From a virus: DNA of 58,184 nucleotides. Of this stretch, positions 15,465 to 23,763 are shown piece after piece. Position 1 is the first letter of the stretch. Each line of letters starts with the position of its first letter. The position numbers and the translations under genes were made by a program. Location of the stretch: IMG/VR virus record IMGVR_UViG_3300045988_095259, positions 1 through 58,184 of that record; one strand, given 5' to 3'. The notes beneath the pieces were generated by a model that was not told the DNA's origin, did no database searches, and was given only the letters and a program-made list of their open reading frames with translations.

Positions 15465-15890
15465 TTACGCTTCTCTTGTGATAATCATGTTGGCGTTCTG
15501 GACGTTGATAGGCGTTGCTGTGGTGTTTCTGACAGCGACAGTAACACAGCATCCGCGCGGCACGTCAACGAACGTGTCAAGACTTACATTGAAGTATTGC
15601 TCAACCGCAGCGGGGGTTACAATAGCTGTGCTTGCTGGAAGCGGTTCTCCATTGATAGCAAGAGAAACCGAGATCGCACCCGCTGTACCACCTGTAGGAA
15701 CGGCGATATTGCCGACGAAGCTGACGCGGTATCGCGCTCTACACTGGTTTGTAACTCCACGCAGTGTTGCAATGCCGGACCCTTCACGATGAATGACATT
15801 GCCTGTATTGCATCCAACGGGTGTTGAAGTGAACAATACATTCTGGTTCGCCGCTACAGTTTGAACGGCAGCGTTAGTATATTCGGGCAT
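15465..15890 (-). CDS. Stand-alone BclA C-terminal-domain / C1q-TNF-like jelly-roll protein (141 aa)
   Basis: It resembles the exosporium BclA-CTD family (ANQNVLF..., RYRVSFVGNIAVPTGGTAGAISVSLAINGEPL, VDVPRGCCVTVAVRN). SD AGGAGG. The family assignment is from memory of the motif pattern only. Confidence 0.65.
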   Translation of the reverse strand: MPEYTNAAVQTVAANQNVLFTSTPVGCNTGNVIHREGSGIATLRGVTNQCRARYRVSFVGNIAVPTGGTAGAISVSLAINGEPLPASTAIVTPAAVEQYFNVSLDTFVDVPRGCCVTVAVRNTTATPINVQNANMIITREA

Positions 15891-15905
15891 TCTGTATACC
15901 TCCTA

Positions 15906-15939
15906 TGATAAAGTAAACGGCAGGACAATTGCCCTGCCG
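15906..15939 (-). terminator. Intrinsic terminator after 16003..16815
   Basis: CGGCAGG (15918-15924) pairs with CCTGCCG (15933-15939) around an 8-nt loop, followed on the minus strand by UUUACUUUAUC. Confidence 0.65.
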
Positions 15940-16002
15940 CATGATTCGCACAATCGACAAGGTGTCGAACATACACTATAGGTAAGGTGCATTGATGTTT
16001 GG

Positions 16003-16815
16003 TTATGCCGCGTAATTCCCGCAGCCGCCGCATGAATTGCCAAACGTTACGGTCGGATTGCCGTAGCAGCAATTCGGATTCGGGACTAAGTATGCCGGGT
16101 TCGGGCACGGCTTGAGCTGGTTCACGAGGTAGTTGTTCTGCGCCTGCTGAGACGCTGCAAGCTGTGCCGTGAACAACTGCTGTTCAAGTGCGGAGATCTT
16201 CTCGTTCTTCGTCTCGATTCTCTGTGCGGTGAGTGCATCGAGGATTGCACGTGCGTTGCAGTTCTGGTTGTCCACGATGTCACGTGTTGCGTTCTGGATA
16301 GTGTTGCGCGTGTCGCAAGCCTGTGTTGCAAGGTTGTAGTTCACGCCCTGGATGGCTTCACGTGTCTCGCAGCAGCAGTTTGCGTTCTGCATCTGCATTG
16401 CATTCAACTGCTGCATGAGCGCGGCTTGCTGATTTGCCCGGGACAGTTCCGCAGTCTGGAAACCGTTGTTCATGTTCTGATTTACGCCGGCAAAGCCGTT
16501 CAGAAGCGTGGTGTTCATAGCGTAGAAGCCATCGCAAAGCCCCTGCTGTGTCGCGTCTCCCTTTCGAACAAGAGAAGAGGTCGCGCTGTCAATCTGCCGC
16601 TGAAGCGTCGCGAAATCGCTTGCGAGAACGTAGTTATCATACGCGCCGCTGTTTGCGTTGCCGCGATTGCCCCATCCGTTGCCGCCCCATCCGCAGAACA
16701 GGAACAGAACGATAATCCAGAGCCATGCTCCGTTGCCGCCCCATGCGTTCCCATCGTTGTTATTGTTGCCAGTCACAGCAGCAATATCAGCGGGGGATAA
16801 ATCTGTACCTACCAT
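16003..16815 (-). CDS. Asn/Gln/Cys-rich membrane protein with a YjcZ-like Gly/Trp-flanked TM segment (270 aa)
   Basis: SD AGGAGG. The N-terminus reads GNNNNDGNAWGGNGAWLWIIVLFLFCGWGGNGWGNRGN. The centre is Q/N-rich with CCC and spaced Cys. The C-terminus is CPNPAYLVPNPNCCYGNPTVTFGNSCGGCGNYAA. Confidence 0.8.
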   Translation of the reverse strand: MVGTDLSPADIAAVTGNNNNDGNAWGGNGAWLWIIVLFLFCGWGGNGWGNRGNANSGAYDNYVLASDFATLQRQIDSATSSLVRKGDATQQGLCDGFYAMNTTLLNGFAGVNQNMNNGFQTAELSRANQQAALMQQLNAMQMQNANCCCETREAIQGVNYNLATQACDTRNTIQNATRDIVDNQNCNARAILDALTAQRIETKNEKISALEQQLFTAQLAASQQAQNNYLVNQLKPCPNPAYLVPNPNCCYGNPTVTFGNSCGGCGNYAA

Positions 16816-16868
16816 TGTTTGTACCTCCTGTATAGTGTATATTCATTCCCTTGCGGGTAATGTTCTTG

Positions 16869-17087
16869 TTAGTGCGGCAGCATACCGCCTATCTGCGAAA
16901 GAATCGTCTGCGCTTGTTGCATCAGGGAATTGCATTGCTCCTGCGTCATTTTCCCGCTGTTCAGAAGCTCCTGTACTTTCTGCTGCGGGTCTCCCTGAAA
17001 CTGGTTCTTGAATCCCATGATTTGTTGAACAATCGGGTTTGCTGCATTCTGGTTTCCGCCGAGTGCCTGGAATAGTGGATTAGCCAT
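16869..17087 (-). CDS. Gln-rich 72-aa protein
   Basis: SD GGAGGAAGTG. The start overlaps the upstream stop. The product begins MANPLFQALGGNQNAANPIVQQIMGFKNQFQGDPQQKVQELL. Confidence 0.7.
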   Translation of the reverse strand: MANPLFQALGGNQNAANPIVQQIMGFKNQFQGDPQQKVQELLNSGKMTQEQCNSLMQQAQTILSQIGGMLPH

Positions 17088-17520
17088 TCTTCACTTCCTC
17101 CGTTTTCTTTCCCTGTTTCTTGCCCTCGTATTCCTCCACACGAGCTGCAAGAGCCGCGAATTCTTCTCTTGTGACATAATCCTGCGGGACTGCGTTAGGC
17201 ACGTTCTGCGGCATTCTGGTGGCTTGTACGCGTTCGGTGTAATCCATAATGCGCATGGTCGGCATACCTGTGTTATCCGCGCTCTTGACGTATATCACCG
17301 GCTGTTCGCTGTCCCACAGTGTCACGATAGCACCGGGAGCGACAGGGAATGACTTTGCCGCCGCTTCTCCCTGCACCCAATTGATTCCGTTTTGTGCGGT
17401 TTGCGGCTGTGGCATTTGTTGTGGCATTCCCTGTATCGGCTGCTGCATCATCTGATTCTGCCGCAACTGCGCAAGCTGATCCGGCATAGGGTTTCCGTAA
17501 TAAGGTGTGTATCCGTACAT
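17080..17520 (-). CDS. Gln/Pro/Met-rich 146-aa protein with a globular core
   Basis: The N-terminus is low-complexity (QNQMMQQPIQGMPQQMPQPQTAQ). It is followed by WVQGEAAAKSFPVAPGAIVTLWDSEQPVIYVKSAD and a basic/acidic tail. Confidence 0.7.
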   Translation of the reverse strand: MYGYTPYYGNPMPDQLAQLRQNQMMQQPIQGMPQQMPQPQTAQNGINWVQGEAAAKSFPVAPGAIVTLWDSEQPVIYVKSADNTGMPTMRIMDYTERVQATRMPQNVPNAVPQDYVTREEFAALAARVEEYEGKKQGKKTEEVKNG

Positions 17521-17523
17521 ATG

Positions 17524-17901
17524 CTATTTCCTTTCCCAATAGTACATTGGTATCTTGTCTCCGCTGTCCCACGAATCGTACCAGTTACCATCCTTGACAC
17601 AAACCACGTGTCCTGTTAACGCAAGTATGTATGTCCCTTGTGGGTGTTCTCTTGCGAAATCCGCTACGCTGTAGCATTCCGGGCATTCGTTGGGAACAAC
17701 ATCCCGAACAAACCCATTGTCTCGCAGATACGCGCCCCATACGCAGTTTGCAGATGGCATATCGCACATGGAGTATCCAGTGACGCAGATTCCGGTATAC
17801 ACCGATTCCCAATCCATGTTTGTGGCTCTGGAAATAGCGCGTATCACGCAGTCTCCAACGTTCTTGCCATTGGGATTCGGATTGTAGTATACGTATGGCA
17901 T
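17524..17901 (-). CDS. Conserved phage protein, possible papain-like Cys/His hydrolase fold (125 aa)
   Basis: ATG 17901 follows GGAGGTG. The N-terminus is YYNPNPNGKNVGDCVIRAIS, with LTGHVVCVKDGNWYDSWD further on. The Cys...His arrangement only hints at a fold. Confidence 0.7.
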   Translation of the reverse strand: MPYVYYNPNPNGKNVGDCVIRAISRATNMDWESVYTGICVTGYSMCDMPSANCVWGAYLRDNGFVRDVVPNECPECYSVADFAREHPQGTYILALTGHVVCVKDGNWYDSWDSGDKIPMYYWERK

Positions 17902-17910
17902 ACTCACCTC

Positions 17911-17963
17911 CAAAACAAAAAAACTCTCTCCCACTGCGTACATTGTACTACAGTAAGAGAGAG
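17911..17963 (-). terminator. Strong intrinsic terminator between the regulator gene and the cargo cluster
   Basis: On the minus strand CUCUCUC...GAGAGAG (17924-17963) has an internal GUAC/GUAC stem. It is followed by UUUUUUUGUUUUG, which runs straight into the SD of 17524..17901. Confidence 0.75.
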
Positions 17964-17992
17964 CGTTTTGTCAGTGTTTTATCACCGTTTTA

Positions 17993-18232
17993 TCATATCA
18001 GGAATTGCATGATTTTTCGTGCGGCAGAAGTATGCGACTTTGCGACCGTGCTATAACTGTATCCCATCATGTCAGCTACCACACGCAAGTCCTCAATCCT
18101 CTCCACATAGCGCATTTCCATCACACGTGCTTCTGTCCTCGTCAGCGCGGCGCGGCGTAGGATAGTGCGTATCTTATCGCGTTCGCCGATCCCGCGCAAA
18201 ATCCTTTGGCAAGCAACATCATATCGCGGCAC
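17993..18232 (-). CDS. Small sigma-70 region-4-like / phage late transcriptional regulator (79 aa)
   Basis: The GTG start follows AAGGAGG. The HTH-like segment reads LTRTEARVMEMRYVERIEDLRVVADMMGYSYSTVAKSHTSAARKI. Confidence 0.6.
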   Translation of the reverse strand: MPRYDVACQRILRGIGERDKIRTILRRAALTRTEARVMEMRYVERIEDLRVVADMMGYSYSTVAKSHTSAARKIMQFLI

Positions 18233-18244
18233 ATCCTCGCCTCC

Positions 18245-18511
18245 TTATTCCTCCTTTTTGCTTTTTTCTTCTGCTGCGGTGTCTTCTTCCGGTTCTGGCG
18301 CAGGATTAAATCTATCCGCCGCGTCAATCTTCGCCTCGCCCATGATATAGGCTACCGCATTTGCCGCAGCGATAACCGCACCTGCAATGGCGGTATATTC
18401 GTTTTCATCCACGCCAAATACCGCCGCAAGCCCTGCCACAATGCCGATGATTGCCACCCACAGCTTACGGCTCGTCAGTTTCTGCTTCCAATTGATTTTC
18501 TGCTTTCCCAT
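18245..18511 (-). CDS. Holin (two TM segments plus a highly charged C-tail)
   Basis: SD GGAGGAAA. TM1 is LWVAIIGIVAGLAAVFGV and TM2 is YTAIAGAVIAAANAVAYIMG. The tail reads PEPEEDTAAEEKSKKEE. It lies in the lysis cassette. Confidence 0.75.
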   Translation of the reverse strand: MGKQKINWKQKLTSRKLWVAIIGIVAGLAAVFGVDENEYTAIAGAVIAAANAVAYIMGEAKIDAADRFNPAPEPEEDTAAEEKSKKEE

Positions 18512-18782
18512 GTATTTCCTCCGTTAAATTATCGTATTCCGGGATATACTGTGCTTTGATTTTCTCTCGGTTTTCGAACGCCGATTTGGCAAGATACCCG
18601 GCGATCCCGCAGCCCATCGGCGCGCCTATGTACGTCAGCAAACTATCCAGTGATACCGCGTCCGGCGCACGGATCATCTGCCACACGATCACCGCCATGC
18701 CAAAAGCGATGCCCACAAACCACGCCAGCACCATAGCGGATACGACGCGTTTACTGTACTGTTTTATCGTAGGTTTTCGCAT
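18465..18782 (-). CDS. Second holin-like two-TM membrane protein (105 aa)
   Basis: ATG 18782 follows GGAGGTG. The TM segments are VVSAMVLAWFVGIAFGMAVIVWQMI and LLTYIGAPMGCGIAGYLAKSAF. The 3' end overlaps the holin start by 47 nt. Confidence 0.65.
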   Translation of the reverse strand: MRKPTIKQYSKRVVSAMVLAWFVGIAFGMAVIVWQMIRAPDAVSLDSLLTYIGAPMGCGIAGYLAKSAFENREKIKAQYIPEYDNLTEEIHGKAENQLEAETDEP

Positions 18783-18818
18783 GTTTGCACCTCCAGTCCT
18801 AAGTTTGTCTGTAACTCG

Positions 18819-18957
18819 GCAAGTTACAGGCAAGTTAAATTCTGCGGGGAAAAGGCGTTATTTCCATATTTCCCCCATATTCTGCCCATATTTCACCCGC
18901 ATGCAGCAAGTTACAAGCAAATTAAACGCAAGTTAGTCGCAAGTTTGACGCAAGTTA
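18819..18957. repeat. 11-bp-phased array of two motifs: GCAAGTTA x2, CCATATT x3, GCAA(G/A)TT(A/T) x5
   Basis: GCAAGTTA starts at 18819 and 18830. CCATATT starts at 18864, 18875 and 18886. GCAAGTTA-type motifs start at 18906, 18917, 18928, 18939 and 18950. Spacing within each block is exactly 11 bp. The last copy overlaps the endolysin stop. Confidence 0.85.
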
Positions 18958-20085
18958 GTACGTAATGTAGTTATTGATCCGTCTGTTGCCGAACGTCGCG
19001 TACTTGCCCGTGCCCGTCTTGCGGACGTAGCTTCCGCCGCCATCGAGACAAATCACATCCTCAAACTTCTCGCCGCGAATCTTTTCCCAAAATTCCATCC
19101 CGTAGATGTAGTTCCGCGTCGCCGTTTTACCGGAGATCACCCAGATTTTTCCGTTTCGCACACCAAGCCAGTTGCGATATGTAGCGTACATACAGCTCTC
19201 GTCCCAGCCCTGCGCCTTAACGTAGTTGTAGTAGTCCACATCGTCACCGCCGCGCACCGTAGGTACACCGGAGATCGCATAGATGGCGTCTGACGGCGGC
19301 TCGCTCATGTCCGCCACATACACCTTCCCGGAGGACGTTTTTACAAGCGTGGATACCTTTTTGCCGTGAAACTGTGTACTTGCGTTGTCGTTGCATCCGT
19401 AACGCAGTTTTCCGCCGCGGACATATTGCTTGATGTACTTCTCCGCGTCCGGCGCGATCCTTCCGATGTCGCACACCAGATTTGCCACAGGTAGCGTAAA
19501 AACGCCAAGCGCACCCTTGTACGCCCCAAAAAATCCGCCGTTGATGTAGCGATCCTCCGATACGTTTTTCTTTCCGGCATCGTGGTACTCGATCCCGAAA
19601 TCATCTGCGCGACAGATCGTCAGCCCGTTTACGGTGTAATTCGTTCGCGCTTGCGTTTTTGCTTCGCAAACTGCGCCGACGATATTTTTTATACCGAGTA
19701 TAGGTGTGGGATCGATAGATTTGCCGTTTTCGCGTACCTCCAAGTGCAGGTGGGAGCCGGTGGATTTGCCCGTCGATCCCTCAACGCCGAGCGCGTCACC
19801 GATCGCAACCTTGTCCCCGCGCGACACAAGGCGTTCGGACAAATGGCAGTAATAGTACAACCGCCCGTCCTCGCCGTCTATGCGGACGTAGTTCCCCCAC
19901 TCCGATGTGCGGTTTGTGGGATCGGTGATGAGGATCGACTGCCCCACCACGCCACCGATCACGGCGCGTACCGTTTTGTCTGCTCCCACAAGGTCTATGC
20001 CCTTGTGGTATACGCGCTTTCCTTCGAGCATACGCCACCCAAACGGGGACGACACGCGCACCTCTCCTTTATATGGCAGTAGCAT
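18955..20085 (-). CDS. Endolysin: N-terminal M23 (LytM-type) peptidase plus a C-terminal NAGPA/DUF2233-like domain
   Basis: SD AGGAGGTG. M23 motifs: HKGIDL, GSTGKSTGSHLHLEV. The C-terminal part has GGFFG and ICLDGGGS, typical of phosphodiester-glycosidase-like domains. Confidence 0.88.
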   Translation of the reverse strand: MLLPYKGEVRVSSPFGWRMLEGKRVYHKGIDLVGADKTVRAVIGGVVGQSILITDPTNRTSEWGNYVRIDGEDGRLYYYCHLSERLVSRGDKVAIGDALGVEGSTGKSTGSHLHLEVRENGKSIDPTPILGIKNIVGAVCEAKTQARTNYTVNGLTICRADDFGIEYHDAGKKNVSEDRYINGGFFGAYKGALGVFTLPVANLVCDIGRIAPDAEKYIKQYVRGGKLRYGCNDNASTQFHGKKVSTLVKTSSGKVYVADMSEPPSDAIYAISGVPTVRGGDDVDYYNYVKAQGWDESCMYATYRNWLGVRNGKIWVISGKTATRNYIYGMEFWEKIRGEKFEDVICLDGGGSYVRKTGTGKYATFGNRRINNYITY

Positions 20086-20096
20086 ATGCTCACCTC

Positions 20097-20411
20097 CTAC
20101 TCCTTTTTCTCCTGCTCGTCCGGCAGGCTCATGATATGATCATGCTTGTCTGTGGCAATATCGTTGCCGCCGAGCGCGTGATATGCCTTGTAGGCGCGGT
20201 TTTCCGCTTCTTTAGCGTAGTTCGGGCAGTATCCCTTTCGGCTGTACTCCTTGTAATTCCGCAGGATTTCGCCGCGGAGCAGGCACTGTACGCCCTCCTC
20301 CAATGCAGACATCCGCTGCTTTTTCATCCGCCACCACGTCACACAGGCGGATACGACCGATCCGCACACAAGCGGCACCGCCCAATTGAGTATCCTTGTT
20401 ACGATTTCCAT
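20097..20411 (-). CDS. N-terminally membrane-anchored lysis-associated protein (104 aa)
   Basis: ATG 20411 follows GGAGGT. The TM segment is ILNWAVPLVCGSVVSACVTWW, followed by a charged cytoplasmic/periplasmic domain. It sits immediately upstream of the endolysin. Confidence 0.65.
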   Translation of the reverse strand: MEIVTRILNWAVPLVCGSVVSACVTWWRMKKQRMSALEEGVQCLLRGEILRNYKEYSRKGYCPNYAKEAENRAYKAYHALGGNDIATDKHDHIMSLPDEQEKKE

Positions 20412-20414
20412 CAA

Positions 20415-20813
20415 TTATACCTCCGCAAAAAATGTTGCATCGTCAAACCCACTCGGCACACCATCCGCAAGCGCGACATACGTTGTCGTGCCATCCGTGT
20501 AGTGATACCCCATCTTAACCGCCTTGCCCGGCAGCCAGTACAGCGGATTTTTCAATGTTCCGAGCGCGTTTGGATCTTCGACGAGTTCCCAAGCAAACCC
20601 GGCGGATGAGCTATACATCGGCTGCCACCTGTATCCGACTTTCGCCTCTACCGTTGGCATTGGTGCTTCGGGGACACTCGCAAGCATCAATGCCAGCTTT
20701 TTTGTATCCGTTAGCGGTTCGACGGTCGTTTCTGCCGCCATGGACGATTCTTGCATTGCCGCGATTTCTTCGGCGGTCATTTCGCGGATTACGCCGTTTT
20801 CGTAGATTTTCAT
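20415..20813 (-). CDS. Hypothetical fibre-associated protein (132 aa)
   Basis: ATG 20813 lies directly after the stop of the fibre gene. The product begins MKIYENGVIREMTAEEIAAMQ. The position suggests a fibre chaperone or accessory role. Confidence 0.65.
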   Translation of the reverse strand: MKIYENGVIREMTAEEIAAMQESSMAAETTVEPLTDTKKLALMLASVPEAPMPTVEAKVGYRWQPMYSSSAGFAWELVEDPNALGTLKNPLYWLPGKAVKMGYHYTDGTTTYVALADGVPSGFDDATFFAEV

Positions 20814-20814
20814 A

Positions 20815-22167
20815 TCAGGATCCTTTCCGTTTATACAAATTAATGATTGTTCCCTCCGCAATCAATGGGTTCGAATATCCAACTATTTTCAGACAAGTGA
20901 AATTGCCTTCTGGTCTGTTAATTTGCATGAGTTTTGTTGCGTCCGTATGAAATTGGATGCCAGTAACGCCCGCGAGCGTAACCTCTTGCATTATGCCAAA
21001 TACATTTGTGGTGTTCTGTGATTTATGATATTGCGTGCACACTTGATAGCCATCAATCACTTTTGCATACACAACATCATAGCATCCCACGTCTGTCCCA
21101 CCGCTTCCAATCGAGTTAGAAATGCCACATAAAGTATAATGCCCCCATGTGGTTATTGGCAAAAAGCCAAGTGCCCTACCCACTCGATTAGTGGATTCCG
21201 CAAAAGGTTTTGTGAATATAATCACAAGTATATCTGTAAGATCAAACGTATTACCATCTTTATCTGTCGTTCTGGTATACGACGCAACATCCTCCGCGAT
21301 TGTCTCCGTAAACACAAACTCATATCCTTCAATGTATGGAGCAGTCCACAACGCCCCTTCCGCATCCACTCCGACACCTTGCGTCATTGCATCGGTTTTG
21401 GCGATAGGCTTCACACCGCCCAACACAGTCGGCGAAGCGATAGGCAATGTATACGCTCCTCCACTCGGCATATCCACCGGCTCCCATCCCGTCGGCTTGC
21501 CCTGCGCATCCACCGCCGTAATTTTGGCGATCTGCCCGATCTTCGCCCCAACCACGTCCATTCCGGCACCGTCCTTGCCTGGGTCACCCTTTGCGCCCGG
21601 ATCGCCCTTTTCGCCTTTTGCACCGTCAAACGCGCCGCTTGCTTTTGCCTGTGCCAGCGCGTCGTTGACCGCCGTAGGTAGTGCGGTTGCATCCAGCTTC
21701 TTTTTAATCGCATCCCCCGCCGCTTTCGCATCCGCAGCCTGCCCGGATTTGGTCAGCGTAGTGTCGATAACGAACGCAGCAGGAATATTCGGTTTGTTGG
21801 TCAAGTCATTGTACGAGCCGGAGAAGTTGGACGTACCTGCACCGATATTCGCTCTCGCCTGTGTTTTCTGTTCCTCCGTGAGCGTCTGTGCGGTATACGT
21901 TACCGCATCTTCCGTATCGGATACAACCGCAGCCCATGTATAGCCACCTTCGACTCCGGTACAGATATACAGTTTGTCAGTTGATTCATCGCGGTACAGT
22001 TGATTCAAGCGTCCTACAGTTGATTCGGTGGGTTGACCTTTGCCGGATATAGTTGATATTCCACCGCTGCCACCGCCGCCGGAGCTTTGCAGCACCACCG
22101 GAAGCGGTTTCCAATTGCCGTCTTTGTCTCGGTATTTCAGTACGCCGAGATTCTGTAAAGTTGCCAT
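20815..22167 (-). CDS. Tail fibre / receptor-binding protein with collagen-like Gly-X-Y triplets
   Basis: SD AGAGGTG. It contains GAKGEKGDPGAKGDPGKDG. It also carries the YTAQTLTEEQKTQARANIGA motif shared with 23764..25701. Confidence 0.85.
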   Translation of the reverse strand: MATLQNLGVLKYRDKDGNWKPLPVVLQSSGGGGSGGISTISGKGQPTESTVGRLNQLYRDESTDKLYICTGVEGGYTWAAVVSDTEDAVTYTAQTLTEEQKTQARANIGAGTSNFSGSYNDLTNKPNIPAAFVIDTTLTKSGQAADAKAAGDAIKKKLDATALPTAVNDALAQAKASGAFDGAKGEKGDPGAKGDPGKDGAGMDVVGAKIGQIAKITAVDAQGKPTGWEPVDMPSGGAYTLPIASPTVLGGVKPIAKTDAMTQGVGVDAEGALWTAPYIEGYEFVFTETIAEDVASYTRTTDKDGNTFDLTDILVIIFTKPFAESTNRVGRALGFLPITTWGHYTLCGISNSIGSGGTDVGCYDVVYAKVIDGYQVCTQYHKSQNTTNVFGIMQEVTLAGVTGIQFHTDATKLMQINRPEGNFTCLKIVGYSNPLIAEGTIINLYKRKGS

Positions 22168-22178
22168 TATATCACCTC

Positions 22179-22988
22179 TTACTGATAAATTAGCATATAG
22201 TTGTACGTGAACGCAAGACCGCTGTCACTGAACCGAAACTGTATCGTGGTCGTGCCCCCATCGTCTACACTTACGGTATACCACAACACGCCATTGCTGG
22301 GCGAGCTTACATTGGAGATTGTGGCGATACCGTATTGACCAAAAGTGTTATCTGGTATAATCTCTGTTGTATACGCCTTGTCTGCCGCCACATCAACATG
22401 AACGGCGCACATCAGCGGTTGGTTTTCGCTTGCGGACCACGTTCGCAGGTCGTTTCTCGCGCTGAGTATAATATATTGCAGCGTCTTTCCGGAATAGGAT
22501 GATGTGCTGACGTATATATTGATGTATGGCAAACCGTCATCGTTCCATGCGTTCACATAGTCCGTAAAAACCGTACACGCATACTGCGTATCATCAGACT
22601 GCGGGATAGCCACTTCTTTGGACATGCTTTTTGGTTCTGCGTCCGCAATGTATCCGACAGACGGAATATATGACGCAGTAACCGTCAGTTTGGTGTTGTC
22701 GGGATTGAAACTGGTTGACAATGACGGAATTGGAGCATCAACATCCTTCATTGTGCCTGTTCTCAATACGCCGCCGGAGCGGAACTTCTTCCCGCTGCGA
22801 ACCTGTGAAGCCGCTGCATTGCCAGTGGAAGGGACAATGGAAGCATTTCTCTTGCCGACCGTGAACGAGCTGAACCCATCATATCCGCTGTCCGGGGAAT
22901 ACCACGTGCCGTTTCCTGTTGGAGTTATGCTCTTGGATTGCAGCACAGGCTCTTTCACGCTACCAGAGCCTTTGATTAAAATCGGCAT
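22179..22988 (-). CDS. Tail-fibre-module protein, paralogue of 22998..23762
   Basis: SD GAGGTG. The N-terminus is MPILIKGSGS...SGYDGFSSFTV...TGTM, versus MPIFIRGSGG...SGYDGFKRIFV...TGTM in the neighbouring gene. Confidence 0.78.
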   Translation of the reverse strand: MPILIKGSGSVKEPVLQSKSITPTGNGTWYSPDSGYDGFSSFTVGKRNASIVPSTGNAAASQVRSGKKFRSGGVLRTGTMKDVDAPIPSLSTSFNPDNTKLTVTASYIPSVGYIADAEPKSMSKEVAIPQSDDTQYACTVFTDYVNAWNDDGLPYINIYVSTSSYSGKTLQYIILSARNDLRTWSASENQPLMCAVHVDVAADKAYTTEIIPDNTFGQYGIATISNVSSPSNGVLWYTVSVDDGGTTTIQFRFSDSGLAFTYNYMLIYQ

Positions 22989-22997
22989 ATATTCACC

Positions 22998-23762
22998 TCA
23001 TTCATAGATAGCCATATACCTGTAGTTTCTCGCGAGAGTATACTTGTTCACATTGAATCCTACGCCGTCACCGAGTATCAGATAATCGGTTGTCAGTGTT
23101 TCGCTCATAATATCGTTGTCGTTGAAGTATCCGTATACATACATTTTCTTTTCGGAGGCATTGTAGTACATATTGCTGATGTATCGTTCTCCGTAAGGTG
23201 ATGTAACTCTGTAGGACGCAGACGCAGCAAGGTATTTCAGCGTTCTGTTTCCGACAGTGTTTGCAATCCCTGTGATAGCGTTATACGCAGTTCCGGCAAG
23301 CGTGGTTGTGGTGCTGCTTTGTGTGGCTGTACCTGTGCGGAATACCGGACCGGTTACGGTTTCCTGCGGTATATCTATGGTGATTGTTGTGCTTTTTACC
23401 GTGGAACTTCCGTTGTACCCAGAGCCGCTTACATCATAGGACGTTGTTATGGACACCTTTTTCGCCGCGCTGTCCACGCTATGCGTTATTGTCGGGGCAG
23501 GGATGGAGATGGTGGGCATTGTACCTGTGCGTATGCTGTCGTACTTAGACCAGTACGTTTTCCCCTCCAACACATCTGCATCGTCCGCATCTGTTCCGGT
23601 AACATCGTATGTGTTATACCCATACACGAAAATGCGCTTAAACCCATCATATCCGCTGTTCGGCGTTACTTTTACTGCGCCGGATGTGGAGGGAGATACA
23701 TATCTGTCCCCCTCCAACTTCGCGGAAGAACCGCCACCGGAACCTCTTATGAAAATCGGCAT
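22998..23762 (-). CDS. Tail-fibre-module protein, paralogue of 22179..22988
   Basis: ATG 23762 lies directly after the upstream TAA (TAAAATG). The longer ORF-track start would overlap the upstream gene. Confidence 0.78.
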   Translation of the reverse strand: MPIFIRGSGGGSSAKLEGDRYVSPSTSGAVKVTPNSGYDGFKRIFVYGYNTYDVTGTDADDADVLEGKTYWSKYDSIRTGTMPTISIPAPTITHSVDSAAKKVSITTSYDVSGSGYNGSSTVKSTTITIDIPQETVTGPVFRTGTATQSSTTTTLAGTAYNAITGIANTVGNRTLKYLAASASYRVTSPYGERYISNMYYNASEKKMYVYGYFNDNDIMSETLTTDYLILGDGVGFNVNKYTLARNYRYMAIYE

Positions 23763-23763
23763 T

